Shown here piece after piece: positions 18,273-28,710 of a stretch of 64,000 bases of DNA. The notes below the pieces were generated by a model. That model was not told where the DNA came from and searched no databases. It saw only the letters and a program-made list of their open reading frames with translations. Both the position numbers and the translations under genes were made by a program. Every line of letters begins with the position of its first letter. Within the stretch, counting starts at the first letter, position 1. Source of the DNA: Gemmatimonadales bacterium (GTDB taxonomy: Bacteria > Gemmatimonadota > Gemmatimonadetes > Gemmatimonadales > GWC2-71-9). The stretch spans positions 64,001 to 128,000 of the forward strand of contig JBFGJG010000003.1 of the NCBI GenBank assembly GCA_041577295.1, given 5' to 3'.

Positions 18273-19771
18273 TGTGATTCGCTCCTATCGCGCGACGCGA
18301 GCGCTCCCGCTCTGTCGGGCACGACCCCGACCGTCGCTTCGAGTTGCGCCCGGGCTATCAGATAGTCGTAGACCGCCCGCGCATAGTTAAATTCCGACTC
18401 CCGTAACACAACTTCGGCGTCGGTGATTTGCAGTTGTGTCCCCACACCCGCGTTGTACTCGGCGGATGCGATCTCGTACCCGCGCTGCGCTTGCGCCACC
18501 GCGCGTGCCTGTGCGGCGGCACGCGCACGCGCCTCGGCGACACTCTCGAGCACCGTGCGAAGCTGGCTGGCCGCCTCCTGATGGACGCGTTCCAACCGAG
18601 CTTCGTTTTGACGAACACGGGCCCCCGCCTGCGCTGCCCGTGCGGAACGGGCGAAGCCGCTGAACACCGGAACTTCGACGCGCAATCCCGCCACCGTGGA
18701 GGTAGAGCGTTGGTTTGAATTCTCGCCGAAGAAACTGAGGCTCCCATTCTCTTGCGCCGTCACATCGTACGACGAGAACACGCTGAGCGTGGGAAAGAAG
18801 TCGGACCGTTCGGCGGCGCGACGAGCTTCCTCGAGCGTGATCGTGACCTCGAGCTGCCGCAGATCGGTGCGCTGCCTGCGCGTGAGCAACCACAGATCCT
18901 CATATGGACGATCGAGCAGATCACCGGCGCCAGCCACGTAAAGCAAAGCCGTATTCTCCGGGGAGTTGGCCTCGAGCGCCGTGAGATCCATAGCCGAAAG
19001 GTCGCCTTCCAGCTCGACAGGTTGCTCCGGATCGAGTCCCATCTCCACTAGCAGCATCCGCTTGGCAGCCTTTACGGCATTGAGAGCACGTAGCACGTTG
19101 GGTTCGAGGTTGGCGACCTGCACCTCGAATCGCAGCACGTCGTACTCGCTCGCCAGACCAGCACGGTTCATCCCTCGGGTCGCGCCGAGTGTTTGGCGCA
19201 CCCGCTCGAGACTCTTTTCAGTGAGCCGTACCTCCTCAGCAGCCAACAGCGCATCGAAGTAAGCCTGACGAACCGCGGTGACGACCTGCTGCGTCGTACC
19301 ACGGAGTCTCTCCGACTGGAGCTCCTGAAACCGGCCCGCCGCGCTCACTCCAATGAATGCCTTGGCCTCGAATAGAGGCTGGTCGAAGGTCAAGGTCGCG
19401 CGCCAGGTGTTGTCCGATCCAAAGCGTACCGGCACCAAGTCGGTTGGCGATGCGTTCGGATCGAAGATGATCGCTGGCAGGAATGCCTGCTGGACTTTGA
19501 GATTGCGAGAGTAGGATGCGCTAGCCCGAATATCGGGCATGACATTGCTCCACGCCTCGCGCACCTGCTGCCCGGCGAGATCGAGATCCGCTTCGGCGTC
19601 CTCGAGCGTGAAACTCTGGTCCAATGCTATCTGTATGCTCTGGGCCAGTGAGTACCGCTCCGCCGTAGCCGTCTGCGCTGCCGCAGATCCAGTGACACAC
19701 GTCGCCAATGCGAAAACGGCCAGCGCACGACGAAGCGAGCTCCACTGCGCCCGCCCGGTTAATCCGCTCAT
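18269..19771 (-). CDS. TolC family outer-membrane efflux protein
   Basis: Signal peptide; SLAQSIQIAL, VRQAYFDALLA, FFPTLS, YNAGVGTQLQITDAE; coupled to MFP/RND genes. Confidence 0.92.
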   Translation of the reverse strand: MSGLTGRAQWSSLRRALAVFALATCVTGSAAAQTATAERYSLAQSIQIALDQSFTLEDAEADLDLAGQQVREAWSNVMPDIRASASYSRNLKVQQAFLPAIIFDPNASPTDLVPVRFGSDNTWRATLTFDQPLFEAKAFIGVSAAGRFQELQSERLRGTTQQVVTAVRQAYFDALLAAEEVRLTEKSLERVRQTLGATRGMNRAGLASEYDVLRFEVQVANLEPNVLRALNAVKAAKRMLLVEMGLDPEQPVELEGDLSAMDLTALEANSPENTALLYVAGAGDLLDRPYEDLWLLTRRQRTDLRQLEVTITLEEARRAAERSDFFPTLSVFSSYDVTAQENGSLSFFGENSNQRSTSTVAGLRVEVPVFSGFARSARAAQAGARVRQNEARLERVHQEAASQLRTVLESVAEARARAAAQARAVAQAQRGYEIASAEYNAGVGTQLQITDAEVVLRESEFNYARAVYDYLIARAQLEATVGVVPDRAGALASRDRSESQ

Positions 19772-20436
19772 TGCTCCTCTCCTCCATCCGACTGGCCGCT
19801 CGGCGTTGGCTTGATTCCATCAACGAGAAACGGCCCGAACGCCTCGTACAGATCGACCGGCGACATTGGCGTTCTGACACCATCAGTCGGCGGCTCCGCG
19901 CACGACAACGTCAGCGTCACCAACCCGTGCACCGAGGACCACAGATACATCGACATCAGATCCGGATCCGCGCGCCGCAGGTTGCCTGCATGCATAGCGT
20001 CCACGATCGACTGCCGAAGCAGATGGTAGCCCCCGCCCTCAGGGAGATCCGCGACAGCCTGCTCGTGTCGAGGCTGAATGCTGAAGATGACTCGGAAATG
20101 GGCCTGGTTTTCGAGTGCAAATCGCAAATACGCCTCGCCGAGCGCCTGGATACGTCGGAGCGATCCCTTCGGGTGCGCTCGCATACCCCTCTCCAGGTAC
20201 TCGCCAAACCGCTCGAAACCCATGCGAACCACTCGGTCCACCAGATCCTGCTTGTTCTTGAAGTAGTGGTAGATCGCGGTCGCCGTTACGCCCACACGCT
20301 CGGCGACAGCCCGCATGGAGAGTGCATCGACCCCGCCCTTCGCCAGGAAATCACGGGCAGCCTCGAGGATGGCATCCTCGAGCTGCGCCCGATGGCTCTG
20401 CGGGGGGTCCACTGAAGATCGGTGTGTGGTGGTCAT
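19768..20436 (-). CDS. TetR/AcrR family transcriptional regulator
   Basis: HTH ILEAARDFLAKGGVDALSMRAVAERVGVTATAIYHYFKNK; C-terminal WSSVHG. Confidence 0.93.
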   Translation of the reverse strand: MTTTHRSSVDPPQSHRAQLEDAILEAARDFLAKGGVDALSMRAVAERVGVTATAIYHYFKNKQDLVDRVVRMGFERFGEYLERGMRAHPKGSLRRIQALGEAYLRFALENQAHFRVIFSIQPRHEQAVADLPEGGGYHLLRQSIVDAMHAGNLRRADPDLMSMYLWSSVHGLVTLTLSCAEPPTDGVRTPMSPVDLYEAFGPFLVDGIKPTPSGQSDGGEEQ

Positions 20437-20550
20437 CGCTGCCCCATGCGGGCCTGCCTAGTCATTGGTGTATATCGATTGTACAGCTATTTAGGGTCTC
20501 GGCCCCGGCTCGAGCGTGGTAAACAGTGACTTTGGAATTAGCTGTACATG

Positions 20551-20591
20551 TTAACAGCGTTAACTTAACGGCGTTAACCTAACACTGTTAA
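20551..20591. promoter_or_regulatory. Three tandem palindromic operators (TTAAC-N3-GTTAA) upstream of the tetR-efflux operon
   Basis: ttaacagcgttaa 20551, ttaacggcgttaa 20565, ctaacactgttaa 20579; 14-bp period; AT-rich patch upstream of tetR. Confidence 0.75.
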
Positions 20592-20636
20592 CCTACGATG
20601 GGAAGCCCCGATTGGTTTCGGGGATGGAGATGAGGC

Positions 20637-21680
20637 TCAGTGCCAGCGGAAGATTCGCAGTGCAAGACCAAACGAGCCGACCCCCCACACCAGCATGATG
20701 CCAAGCAGTGGCAGTGTGGCCGAGAGACCGACGCCATCCAGCATCACCGCGCGTAGCGCATCGTTGAGCGCGGTGAGTGGGAGCGCCTGCAAGAACGGTT
20801 GGATGACCTCAGGAAAGTTAGAATAGGCGAAGAACACACCTGAGCCGATCCACATCGGCACCATGACGAAGTTGAGGAGGCCGGACACGCCCTCGATGGT
20901 CTTGGACCGGCTCGCCACTAGCAGACCCAATCCAGAGAAGGCGAGCGCGCCGAGCACGACGATGCTCGTGACGGCCGCAATCGACCCCCGGACCGGTACA
21001 CCAAACACGAGCGCACCAAACAGCAACAGCAGACCCACTTCACCACCGAGAAACACCAGCCGGCTCAGCATGAAACCCATGAGAAACTGACTGCGTCGCA
21101 TGGGGGATGCGAGCAACCGTTTCAGCAGGCGTTCTTTGCGGGCTTTCACGATGCCGAATCCCACGCCCCACATACCCGTGCCCATGATCCCCATCCCCAG
21201 AAGTCCCGGAAGCAGGAAATCGATGTACCGGGACCCCGGCTCGTTCACTCGTTCGTCGCGGATGATCCGCACGTCTCGGCGACCGCTGGCCTGTTGGATG
21301 GCACGGTCAGTCACCAGCCGCGCAACGAGACTCTCTTCTCGCGTCGAATCGTACTGAAACACCACGGGAGTTCCCGGCCGCACCACCAGTGCAACTCGTC
21401 CCGTGCGTAGGCGGTAAAACGCCTCGTCGGGGTCGAGGAGCACTGGCTCGATGCTAGGTGCCGAGTCGAGCATCGCGAAGATCGCTTCTGCATCCGGAAG
21501 ATTCTCGACCGCGACCCTGGTTTTGGACATGCCGCGGTTCTGAAACGCCACGCCGAGCGCAATTGCCAGGAGGACCGGGAAGACGAAGATCCAAAACATG
21601 GCTTCCGGCTCGCGGGTGAACTCGCGGACGCGCCAGAGCGTGAGTTGCCAAAGTGGATGTCGCGCCAGCTTAGTCATCAC
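20637..21680 (-). CDS. ABC-2 type exporter permease
   Basis: REPEAMFWIFVFP, RYIDFLLPGLLGM, LKRLLASP, LPLTALNDALR. Confidence 0.9.
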   Translation of the reverse strand: MMTKLARHPLWQLTLWRVREFTREPEAMFWIFVFPVLLAIALGVAFQNRGMSKTRVAVENLPDAEAIFAMLDSAPSIEPVLLDPDEAFYRLRTGRVALVVRPGTPVVFQYDSTREESLVARLVTDRAIQQASGRRDVRIIRDERVNEPGSRYIDFLLPGLLGMGIMGTGMWGVGFGIVKARKERLLKRLLASPMRRSQFLMGFMLSRLVFLGGEVGLLLLFGALVFGVPVRGSIAAVTSIVVLGALAFSGLGLLVASRSKTIEGVSGLLNFVMVPMWIGSGVFFAYSNFPEVIQPFLQALPLTALNDALRAVMLDGVGLSATLPLLGIMLVWGVGSFGLALRIFRWH

Positions 21681-22599
21681 GCAAATGCCTCCCGGTGAGT
21701 GCCAGAAAGACGTCCTCCAGGGTTGCGTGATGAGTCGCGAGCTCGCTCAGCGCTGCGCCACGGTCGCCCAGCAGCCGCATCAGCGCCGGAACCGTCTCGT
21801 GCACGCGGTTGACGGTGAGCCGGGTCTTGCCGTCACCGTCGGCCACCCCTTCCACGCCGGGGAGGGACGCCAGAGCACCATCGTCGATTCGCGTTTCATC
21901 CACGAGCGCGAATTCGACAACGTGTTGCGCGCCGAGCGACGTGATGAGGTCGCGGGGGGAGCCGAGCGCGATGATACGACCATGATCGATGATCGCAACC
22001 CGGTCGCACAGGCGCTGGGCCTCCTCCATGTAGTGCGTCGTGAGTAGGACGGTGCCCCCCTTGGCGCGAAACCGCTCGATGATATCCCACAGCTGACGGC
22101 GTGATTGCGGATCCAACCCAGTCGTCGGCTCGTCGAGGAAAAGGATATCCGGCTGGCAGATTAGCGCGCAGGCAACCGCAAGGCGCTGCCGTTGACCGCC
22201 CGACAGCTTGCTGACCCACGCGTTGCGCTTCTCGTTCAGCTGGACCATGTCCATCACGACATCAACGGACGTGCCCCGCCGATAAAAGCTGCGAAACAAC
22301 GCCAACACCTCACCAACGGTCAGCTTGTCGGGGAGGCGGGTCTCCTGAAGCTGCGTTCCCATTCGCTGACGGAGCTCCGCCTCGTGCGTGCGCCACGAGA
22401 GGCCCAGCACCACCACCGACCCGGCATCCGGGGGCATCAACCCCTGGATGATTTCGATGGTCGTCGTCTTTCCAGCGCCGTTAGGTCCCAACATGCCAAA
22501 GCACTCGCCTCGAGCAACCTCCATATCGAGGCCATCGACGGCCGTGACGGAACCGTATCGCTTCACCAACCCGACACATTCGATCGCAGCGCTGGACAT
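21670..22599 (-). CDS. ABC-2 exporter ATP-binding protein
   Basis: Walker A GPNGAGKTT, LSGGQRQR, FLDEPTTGLD, TTHYMEEA. Confidence 0.95.
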   Translation of the reverse strand: MSSAAIECVGLVKRYGSVTAVDGLDMEVARGECFGMLGPNGAGKTTTIEIIQGLMPPDAGSVVVLGLSWRTHEAELRQRMGTQLQETRLPDKLTVGEVLALFRSFYRRGTSVDVVMDMVQLNEKRNAWVSKLSGGQRQRLAVACALICQPDILFLDEPTTGLDPQSRRQLWDIIERFRAKGGTVLLTTHYMEEAQRLCDRVAIIDHGRIIALGSPRDLITSLGAQHVVEFALVDETRIDDGALASLPGVEGVADGDGKTRLTVNRVHETVPALMRLLGDRGAALSELATHHATLEDVFLALTGRHLRDD

Positions 22600-22710
22600 A
22601 GCCAGAATCAAGGGTATGACTCGTGATGAAGCAAGCCGTCACTGTCGGCCACTCTTCTTTCGATCCCCCTGGCCGCGTCGTACTATCCCAGCTCCACCTC
22701 TAGGAGTGTC

Positions 22711-23955
22711 GTGATGTTGCGATTACCTGTATGGCTGTTGGTGTTCGGTGTATCCGTAATCATTCCCTGTCCGTCGCCAGCGCAGGACTCTCCAACCCTC
22801 TACGTGACGAACGCCACCGTGATCGACGGCGTCGACTCGGTTCCCAAGCATGGTCAGACCATCGTGATCAGCGGCGCGAGGATCGGGCGCATCACCGGTG
22901 ATTCCGTCCCGATCCCACGCGGAGTAACGGTGCTCGACGTGCACGGCGCCTGGGTCCTTCCCGGCCTCATGGACGCGCACAGTCACGTCAACGACCTCGC
23001 TGGCGTCGAGCGAGCGTTAGCGTCTGGCGTGACGACGATCCGCACGGCGGGTGTTGGGGGCTACCGCGACGTCGCCATCCGCGCGCTCGTCCGTAACGGC
23101 CAACTTCCAGGACCGGACATCGTGGCCACTGGGATCTATGTCCAGCCCAACCTCGGCGATGCGGTGTTGGCAGACGAGCGGCTCCATCCATTAATGGACG
23201 GGGTGCGAACCGAGGAGCGCCTTCGCACGCTGGTACGGGTGAACGCTGATCACACCGTGGATTGGATGAAGACACGCGGGACTGAACGGGCCGGCCGACC
23301 CGACACCGATCCGCGGGAACAGGTGTACTCGGAGCGCGAGCTACGGGTGATCGTGGAGGAAGCGCGTCGTCACAACGTGCCGATCATGGCACATGCGCAC
23401 GGTGACGAGGGAATCCGAGCGGCCGTCCTCGCCGGCGTGCGCAGTATCGAACACGGAACCTTCGCCACGGAAACCACCTTGGCGCTGATGCGAGAACGCG
23501 GCACTTACCTCGTGCCCACGCTCAGCTCCATCTCGTCCTTCGGCCAGCCGGGCGACTATGCTGATCCCCGCTTATTTCTGCGCGGTCAGTTCATGGCTCC
23601 GCGCCGGCGCGCCGTCGTCCGACGAGCCTACGAACTGGGTATACCAATCGTGACCGGTGTCGACACCGACTACGGACCGGAGAGTTACGCGCGGGTCTCG
23701 CGAGAGGTGGGGTTCCTCGTTGAGCTGGGGATCTCGCCATGGGATGCGCTTCGCGGTGCCACGAGCCTCGCAGCCGAACTGTTGGGGATTGAGGAACACA
23801 CCGGTGCCCTTGTGCCGGGGTTGGAGGCGGATCTGATCGTGGTGGATCGCAATCCGCTCGAGGACGTGGGCGCGCTGCAAGACGTGCTGGTCGTCATCAG
23901 CAATGGCCGGGTGGCGGTGAATCGGTGGCCAAAGACGAGAGACACCTATCAGTAG
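22711..23955 (+). CDS. Secreted amidohydrolase (Xaa-Pro dipeptidase/imidazolonepropionase-like)
   Basis: Signal peptide; PGLMDAHSH, AHAHG, SIEHG, GVDT, GLEADLIVVD. Confidence 0.9.
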   Translation: MMLRLPVWLLVFGVSVIIPCPSPAQDSPTLYVTNATVIDGVDSVPKHGQTIVISGARIGRITGDSVPIPRGVTVLDVHGAWVLPGLMDAHSHVNDLAGVERALASGVTTIRTAGVGGYRDVAIRALVRNGQLPGPDIVATGIYVQPNLGDAVLADERLHPLMDGVRTEERLRTLVRVNADHTVDWMKTRGTERAGRPDTDPREQVYSERELRVIVEEARRHNVPIMAHAHGDEGIRAAVLAGVRSIEHGTFATETTLALMRERGTYLVPTLSSISSFGQPGDYADPRLFLRGQFMAPRRRAVVRRAYELGIPIVTGVDTDYGPESYARVSREVGFLVELGISPWDALRGATSLAAELLGIEEHTGALVPGLEADLIVVDRNPLEDVGALQDVLVVISNGRVAVNRWPKTRDTYQ

Positions 23956-23975
23956 ATGAGCACCTGCGCAGCGGC

Positions 23976-25268
23976 ATGACCGGCTCCCCAGTCATCATCG
24001 GCATCGCGGGCGTCGCCGTTCTGCTCGCCTGGATTCTCCTGCTCGCGCAGGTGGATCCCGTGCCCACCTGGTTCTACGTATTCGCGTGGTACCCCACACT
24101 CGTACTGGCCGACGCATGGGCGAGCCGTCGAGAGGGAAGTCTACTCCTCGCAAGCGACCCCCGACTGGTGCTCTCGGTGCTCGGCTGGTCAGCGGTCGTC
24201 TGGCTCGTCTTCGAAGCCATAAACTTTCGATTGGCCAACTGGTACTACGTCTTCCTGCCTGCGAACCGCCTCGAACGATGGGCAGGAATCCTGATCTCCT
24301 TCGCCACCGTGGTACCGGCGGTCGTGTTGGCGGAACGGCTCCTTCGTTCACTCGGCGTCGGAACGCGCTGGCGTGGGCGGGAAGTTCGGGTCAGACAGTG
24401 GGAGATGCGTGCGGTTACCCTACTCGGGGCCGCCGTGACGGTCCTCGCGCTCCTCGAGCCGCGTCTATTCTACCCGTTGATCTGGGGAGGTGTCTGGCTC
24501 GTCGTCGACCCGTTCGTGTTTCGCCATCGCCCTGAGTGGTCACTCCTCAACGACCTTCGCGCGGGTGAGTTTGGACGGATCGGCAGGCTCATGCTGGGCG
24601 GCCTCGCCATTGGTTTTCTTTGGGAGTTTTACAACGCTTGGGCTCGTGGCAAGTGGATCTACACGGTGCCGTGGCTAGAACAGGTCAAACTGTTCGAGAT
24701 GCCGCCGCTTGGATTCATTGGGTTTCCGTTCTTTGCCCTGGAGGCGTGGAGCATATATCACGCGCTCTGCGTCCTGCGGATCGCGCGCCCCCTCAGAAGA
24801 GCAGGCGAGAAATCGACCAACGCCGTGCCATATAGCGTGGTCCGGATGAGGGGGGTGACCGCAGTAGGCGTCGCCGGACTTTTTGCGGTCGTCGCACTGT
24901 TGGGAATGGAGCGGTGGACGATTAGCTCGGTGGTGCCAACGCTCGCCGATGTTCCGGGAATCACACCTGAGCAGGTCGATGATCTACACCGAGTCGGTAT
25001 CGATTCGCCCTTCGCACTCGCCAGCGCATCAAGCGGCACGGTGGACCACCGGTTAATCGCTGCGGCACAGCTCACCACGCTTCGCGGCATCGGAGCCGAA
25101 CACGCCGCACGGTTGATAGAGCTCCGAATTGGTACCGTCTGCGAGCTGGCCGGCACAAATGCCGAAGTTTTGTTCCGCGAGTATCACGAGGTTGCTACTT
25201 CGAACCGTCCAACCGCGGCGGAAGTGCGGATCTGGATCCGTGCCGCTCAGGAGGAGTGTTTTCACTGA
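23976..25268 (+). CDS. Polytopic membrane protein with C-terminal helix-hairpin-helix-like (DUF4332-like) domain
   Basis: About 9 hydrophobic segments; FEAINFRLANWYY, WEFYNAWARGKWIY, FEMPPLGFIGF; HhH-like LADVPGI and LTTLRGIGAEHAARL. Confidence 0.65.
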   Translation: MTGSPVIIGIAGVAVLLAWILLLAQVDPVPTWFYVFAWYPTLVLADAWASRREGSLLLASDPRLVLSVLGWSAVVWLVFEAINFRLANWYYVFLPANRLERWAGILISFATVVPAVVLAERLLRSLGVGTRWRGREVRVRQWEMRAVTLLGAAVTVLALLEPRLFYPLIWGGVWLVVDPFVFRHRPEWSLLNDLRAGEFGRIGRLMLGGLAIGFLWEFYNAWARGKWIYTVPWLEQVKLFEMPPLGFIGFPFFALEAWSIYHALCVLRIARPLRRAGEKSTNAVPYSVVRMRGVTAVGVAGLFAVVALLGMERWTISSVVPTLADVPGITPEQVDDLHRVGIDSPFALASASSGTVDHRLIAAAQLTTLRGIGAEHAARLIELRIGTVCELAGTNAEVLFREYHEVATSNRPTAAEVRIWIRAAQEECFH

Positions 25269-25317
25269 CAGAGGCAGAGGAACCAGCGGCGGGCTGGATC
25301 TCCTGCCTCTCGTGCCT

Positions 25318-26301
25318 CTACGCGAGTGTCGGTGTCTCCGGTGCAACCCAGACGCCCGAGCTGTGCACCGCCGGCGGCCCGCCGCGCAACAGCCTTCGCA
25401 GCCATTTGAGCGGCCGCCAAGCTGAGCGACCGCGCCGGGAACGCGAGCTTCGTCGCAACGCGTGACCCAGCTCCTCCGCGTCGCTCCACCGTGCATCGGC
25501 TGCCTTTGCGAGACAGCGCTCGATAGCGTGGATCAGATCTTCCGGCACGTCACGGGTGAGCGTGGCGATCGGCGGCGGCGCGACCGCCACATGCTTTGCG
25601 GCCAGTTCGCGTGGCGAGACCCCGTCAAAGGGCAATCGTCCCGTGAGCATCTGGTATCCAAGCACCCCCAACGCATACAGATCGCTGCGGCCGTCACACT
25701 CGATTTCGCCGAGTGCCTGCTCAGGCGACATGTACTGCGGCGTACCAAACCGTTTCGGAACCTCGGAGCGCGAATGTTCCGAGGTCATGAGGGTCGCCAC
25801 ACCGAAATCGGTCAACATCGGACGGCTCGTTATGGCATCCATCAGAACGTTCGACGGCTTGAGATCGCGGTGGATCACGCCATGGCTGTGCACGCAGTGG
25901 AGTGCGCCAGCCAAGTCTGCCAGAATGCTCCGTACCACCTTGGGTTCCATGCGCCCCGCGCGCTGCATCTGCTTGGAGAGCGACTCGCCATCAACGAACG
26001 GCATGACCAAGAACGTCACCTCGGAGTGTCGGTCGAACGCGTAGACGGGAACGATGTTGGGATGGGAGAATTTTGCTGCGATGCGTGCTTCTCTGCGGAA
26101 CCGCTCCCGATCCTCCAGTTGATCCTCGAGCACGGGAGCCAAGACCTTGATGGCCACGCTACGCTGGAGACCAAACTCCCACGCTCGATAGACCGTGCTC
26201 ATCGCGCCTCGCCCCACTACCTCCACCAGCTTGTACCGCCCCGCGAAGGCGCGCTCTAACTGGCTCGGGTCGTGGTCCCGCTCTTCCGCGAAATCGATCA
26301 T
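25318..26301 (-). CDS. Soluble Ser/Thr protein kinase
   Basis: GRGAMSTVY, VAIKVL, HRDLKPSN, DFG, GTPQYMSPEQ, SDLYALG. Confidence 0.95.
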   Translation of the reverse strand: MIDFAEERDHDPSQLERAFAGRYKLVEVVGRGAMSTVYRAWEFGLQRSVAIKVLAPVLEDQLEDRERFRREARIAAKFSHPNIVPVYAFDRHSEVTFLVMPFVDGESLSKQMQRAGRMEPKVVRSILADLAGALHCVHSHGVIHRDLKPSNVLMDAITSRPMLTDFGVATLMTSEHSRSEVPKRFGTPQYMSPEQALGEIECDGRSDLYALGVLGYQMLTGRLPFDGVSPRELAAKHVAVAPPPIATLTRDVPEDLIHAIERCLAKAADARWSDAEELGHALRRSSRSRRGRSAWRPLKWLRRLLRGGPPAVHSSGVWVAPETPTLA

Positions 26302-26555
26302 TGCCCTCCCCCATGTAAGGCCGATGCGGCCCGTCGTTCGTTGTCCTTACGAAAGAATGGGGCCACAGTGTCACGACGGCGCAAAATGGCTATAACCATC
26401 TGGTTACGGAGTTTTGTCACGGTTCGTAACGCCACGCGTTCCGTCCGCCCGCGTAACCACGCGTCCCACATCTGGGACAGGGCGATTGTAAGAGTAACGG
26501 AGTACGGAGCGACGAGTTCCCTACTTCCCGTTCCCTACTCCCTTACTTTTCCCTC

Positions 26556-27404
26556 ATGCTTGCAACGTTGCTCAAGGTCGCGGCCGTCGCGCTGGTAGCG
26601 TACATCCTCGTGGTGCTCCTCGCGTGGCGGTTTCAGGAGCGGCTTGCCTTTCCCAGTCCAAAGGCGAGCGTTCCCGATCCCAGGACCTTTGGGTTCGTCG
26701 GTGGCGAGCGGGTAACGACCGTGACCACTGACGGCATTCGGCTCCACGGCTGGTATCTACCTCCCCAGACTCGTGTCTCGGCCAATGCCCGCGTACCGGG
26801 GTTGCTATGGTTCTACGGGAACATGGAGACGGTGCGAGACCTGGCACCGCTGTTCCGCGAGCTGCAGCCCCCTGAGGTCGGGCTGCTCGTGTTCGACTAT
26901 CGCGGATACGGCGAAAGTGAGGGGAGGCCAACCGAGGCCGGCCTGTACCGGGATGCCGATGCGGCGTGGACGTTTCTCAAGAGCCGGCCGGATATCGACT
27001 CCACGCGAATCGCCGTGTACGGCCGGTCGTTGGGGAGTGCGGTGGCGTTGTACGTCGCATCGCAGTATCCGGTACGCTCGGTGATCCTCGACTCGCCCTT
27101 CTCGACAGCACGGGCGATGGCGGATCGGCACTACCCCATCGTGCCGAGCATACTGCTGCGGCTCCGTCTGGATAATCTGCAACGCGTCAGCAATCTGGAG
27201 GTGCCGCTTCTGGTGCTCCACGGCGCGGACGATAGAATTGCGCCGCTCGACATGGGACAGTCAGTGGCCGAGACGGCTCCGCTGGGACGGATCGTGGTCA
27301 TCGACGGCGCCGGCCACAACGACACGTATCAGTTTGGGCAGTATGGGCACGAGCTTCACTCATTCCTGTCGAGTCATCTCGCGGATCCGGGCACTGACCG
27401 CTAG
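26556..27404 (+). CDS. Alpha/beta hydrolase (BEM46/ABHD17-like) with N-terminal membrane anchor
   Basis: DYRGYGESEGRPTEAG, nucleophile GRSLG, HGADD, GAGHND. Confidence 0.9.
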   Translation: MLATLLKVAAVALVAYILVVLLAWRFQERLAFPSPKASVPDPRTFGFVGGERVTTVTTDGIRLHGWYLPPQTRVSANARVPGLLWFYGNMETVRDLAPLFRELQPPEVGLLVFDYRGYGESEGRPTEAGLYRDADAAWTFLKSRPDIDSTRIAVYGRSLGSAVALYVASQYPVRSVILDSPFSTARAMADRHYPIVPSILLRLRLDNLQRVSNLEVPLLVLHGADDRIAPLDMGQSVAETAPLGRIVVIDGAGHNDTYQFGQYGHELHSFLSSHLADPGTDR

Positions 27405-27414
27405 CTTGGTCGCT

Positions 27415-28707
27415 GTGAATCATCGTACGCTTCCCGCCGCGTATGTCATGATATGCGTGGCCATGCAACCCCTCGGCATGGCGGCCGTCGCGCAGCAGTA
27501 TCCCACCAACTTTACTCCAGCGCTCGTAGCACAGCCGTCGGTCCGGGACGCACTTCGCGCGATCGACGATCGATTCGACCATCAGGTCGACGAGTGGATT
27601 CGCATCACGCAGATACCGGCGCCCTCCGGTCACGAAGTGGAACGCGCGCGTTACGTGCGCGCCGAGTTCGCAGCGTTGGGCTATCGGGTGGACGTCGATT
27701 CCATTGGAAACGTGATCGCACGGCGCGCCGGAACGGGGGGAGGTCCGACCGTTGTCTTCGCTGCTCACCTGGATACCGTGCACCCAATCGAGACCGACGT
27801 GACGGTCTCCCGTCGAGGCGGCCGGTTGTTCGCGCCTGGCGTGTTCGATAACAGCGCCTCCGTGGCCAACATGCTCGCGGCGGCCCGCGCGATGCACCAA
27901 GCCGGGCTACGTACACGCGGCGACGTGGTGTTCATCGGGACCGTACAGGAAGAGCTCGGTCTGGGCGGCATGACCTACTGGCTCGACACCAACCCCTCCA
28001 TTCCGGACATGCTGATCGCCCTCGACGGTGGCCTCGGTCCCATCAACTACGGCGCGCTCGGCATTTACTGGTCACGCATGGTGTTCACGGCCGACGGTTC
28101 CCATACCGTCACGTCCCGCGGTAAGCCCCATCCCGCGCGCGCCGCCTCTCGGTGCATTCTCGATCTCTACGATATCCCGCTTCCTCCACCGGACGCACCC
28201 GTCGGGGCAGTCTACAATGTGGGCATGCTGCGCGGTGGACATGTCGTGAACGCGATACCAGAAGAGGTGTCATTCACCGTGGATCTGCGCACCGTGGATC
28301 CATCGATGCTCGCGGACCTCGACCGTCTGATCGTAGCAACCTGTGAACGCGCCGCATCGCAGGAGGGCGTCGGCTTCGAGCGGGTGTGGATACAGCGTTC
28401 AGAGGCGGGAGGCCGGCCGGAACAGCTCGAGTCCCGGAGGGCACACCCTCTCGTTCAAACGGCAATCGATATTCTGCACCATCTGGAGTTCGATTTTGGC
28501 AACCGGCCCGCCGCTCGCCCGTGGGGCTCTACCGATGCCAACGCCGGCGTCGTTCGTGGATTACCATCGATCTCTGTAGGCCGCGCGCTCGGTGGCGACC
28601 AGCACACCTTGCGCGAGTGGGCAGATATCGAGTCTGCACGGATCGGCACCAAACAGATCGTGTTGCTCACAGCCGCCCTCGCCAAACTCGATCACGAGAT
28701 GAACTAA
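27415..28707 (+). CDS. Secreted M20/M25/M40 family metallo-hydrolase
   Basis: AHLDTV, PGVFDNS, VQEELG, GHVVNAIP, GSTDAN, HTLRE; start (GTG 27415) uncertain. Confidence 0.88.
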   Translation: MNHRTLPAAYVMICVAMQPLGMAAVAQQYPTNFTPALVAQPSVRDALRAIDDRFDHQVDEWIRITQIPAPSGHEVERARYVRAEFAALGYRVDVDSIGNVIARRAGTGGGPTVVFAAHLDTVHPIETDVTVSRRGGRLFAPGVFDNSASVANMLAAARAMHQAGLRTRGDVVFIGTVQEELGLGGMTYWLDTNPSIPDMLIALDGGLGPINYGALGIYWSRMVFTADGSHTVTSRGKPHPARAASRCILDLYDIPLPPPDAPVGAVYNVGMLRGGHVVNAIPEEVSFTVDLRTVDPSMLADLDRLIVATCERAASQEGVGFERVWIQRSEAGGRPEQLESRRAHPLVQTAIDILHHLEFDFGNRPAARPWGSTDANAGVVRGLPSISVGRALGGDQHTLREWADIESARIGTKQIVLLTAALAKLDHEMN

Positions 28708-28710
28708 CAC

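Noticed and set aside
26393..26406. Palindrome taacca-tc-tggtta upstream of the kinase
   Set aside because: A single short copy with no linked regulator; could be chance.
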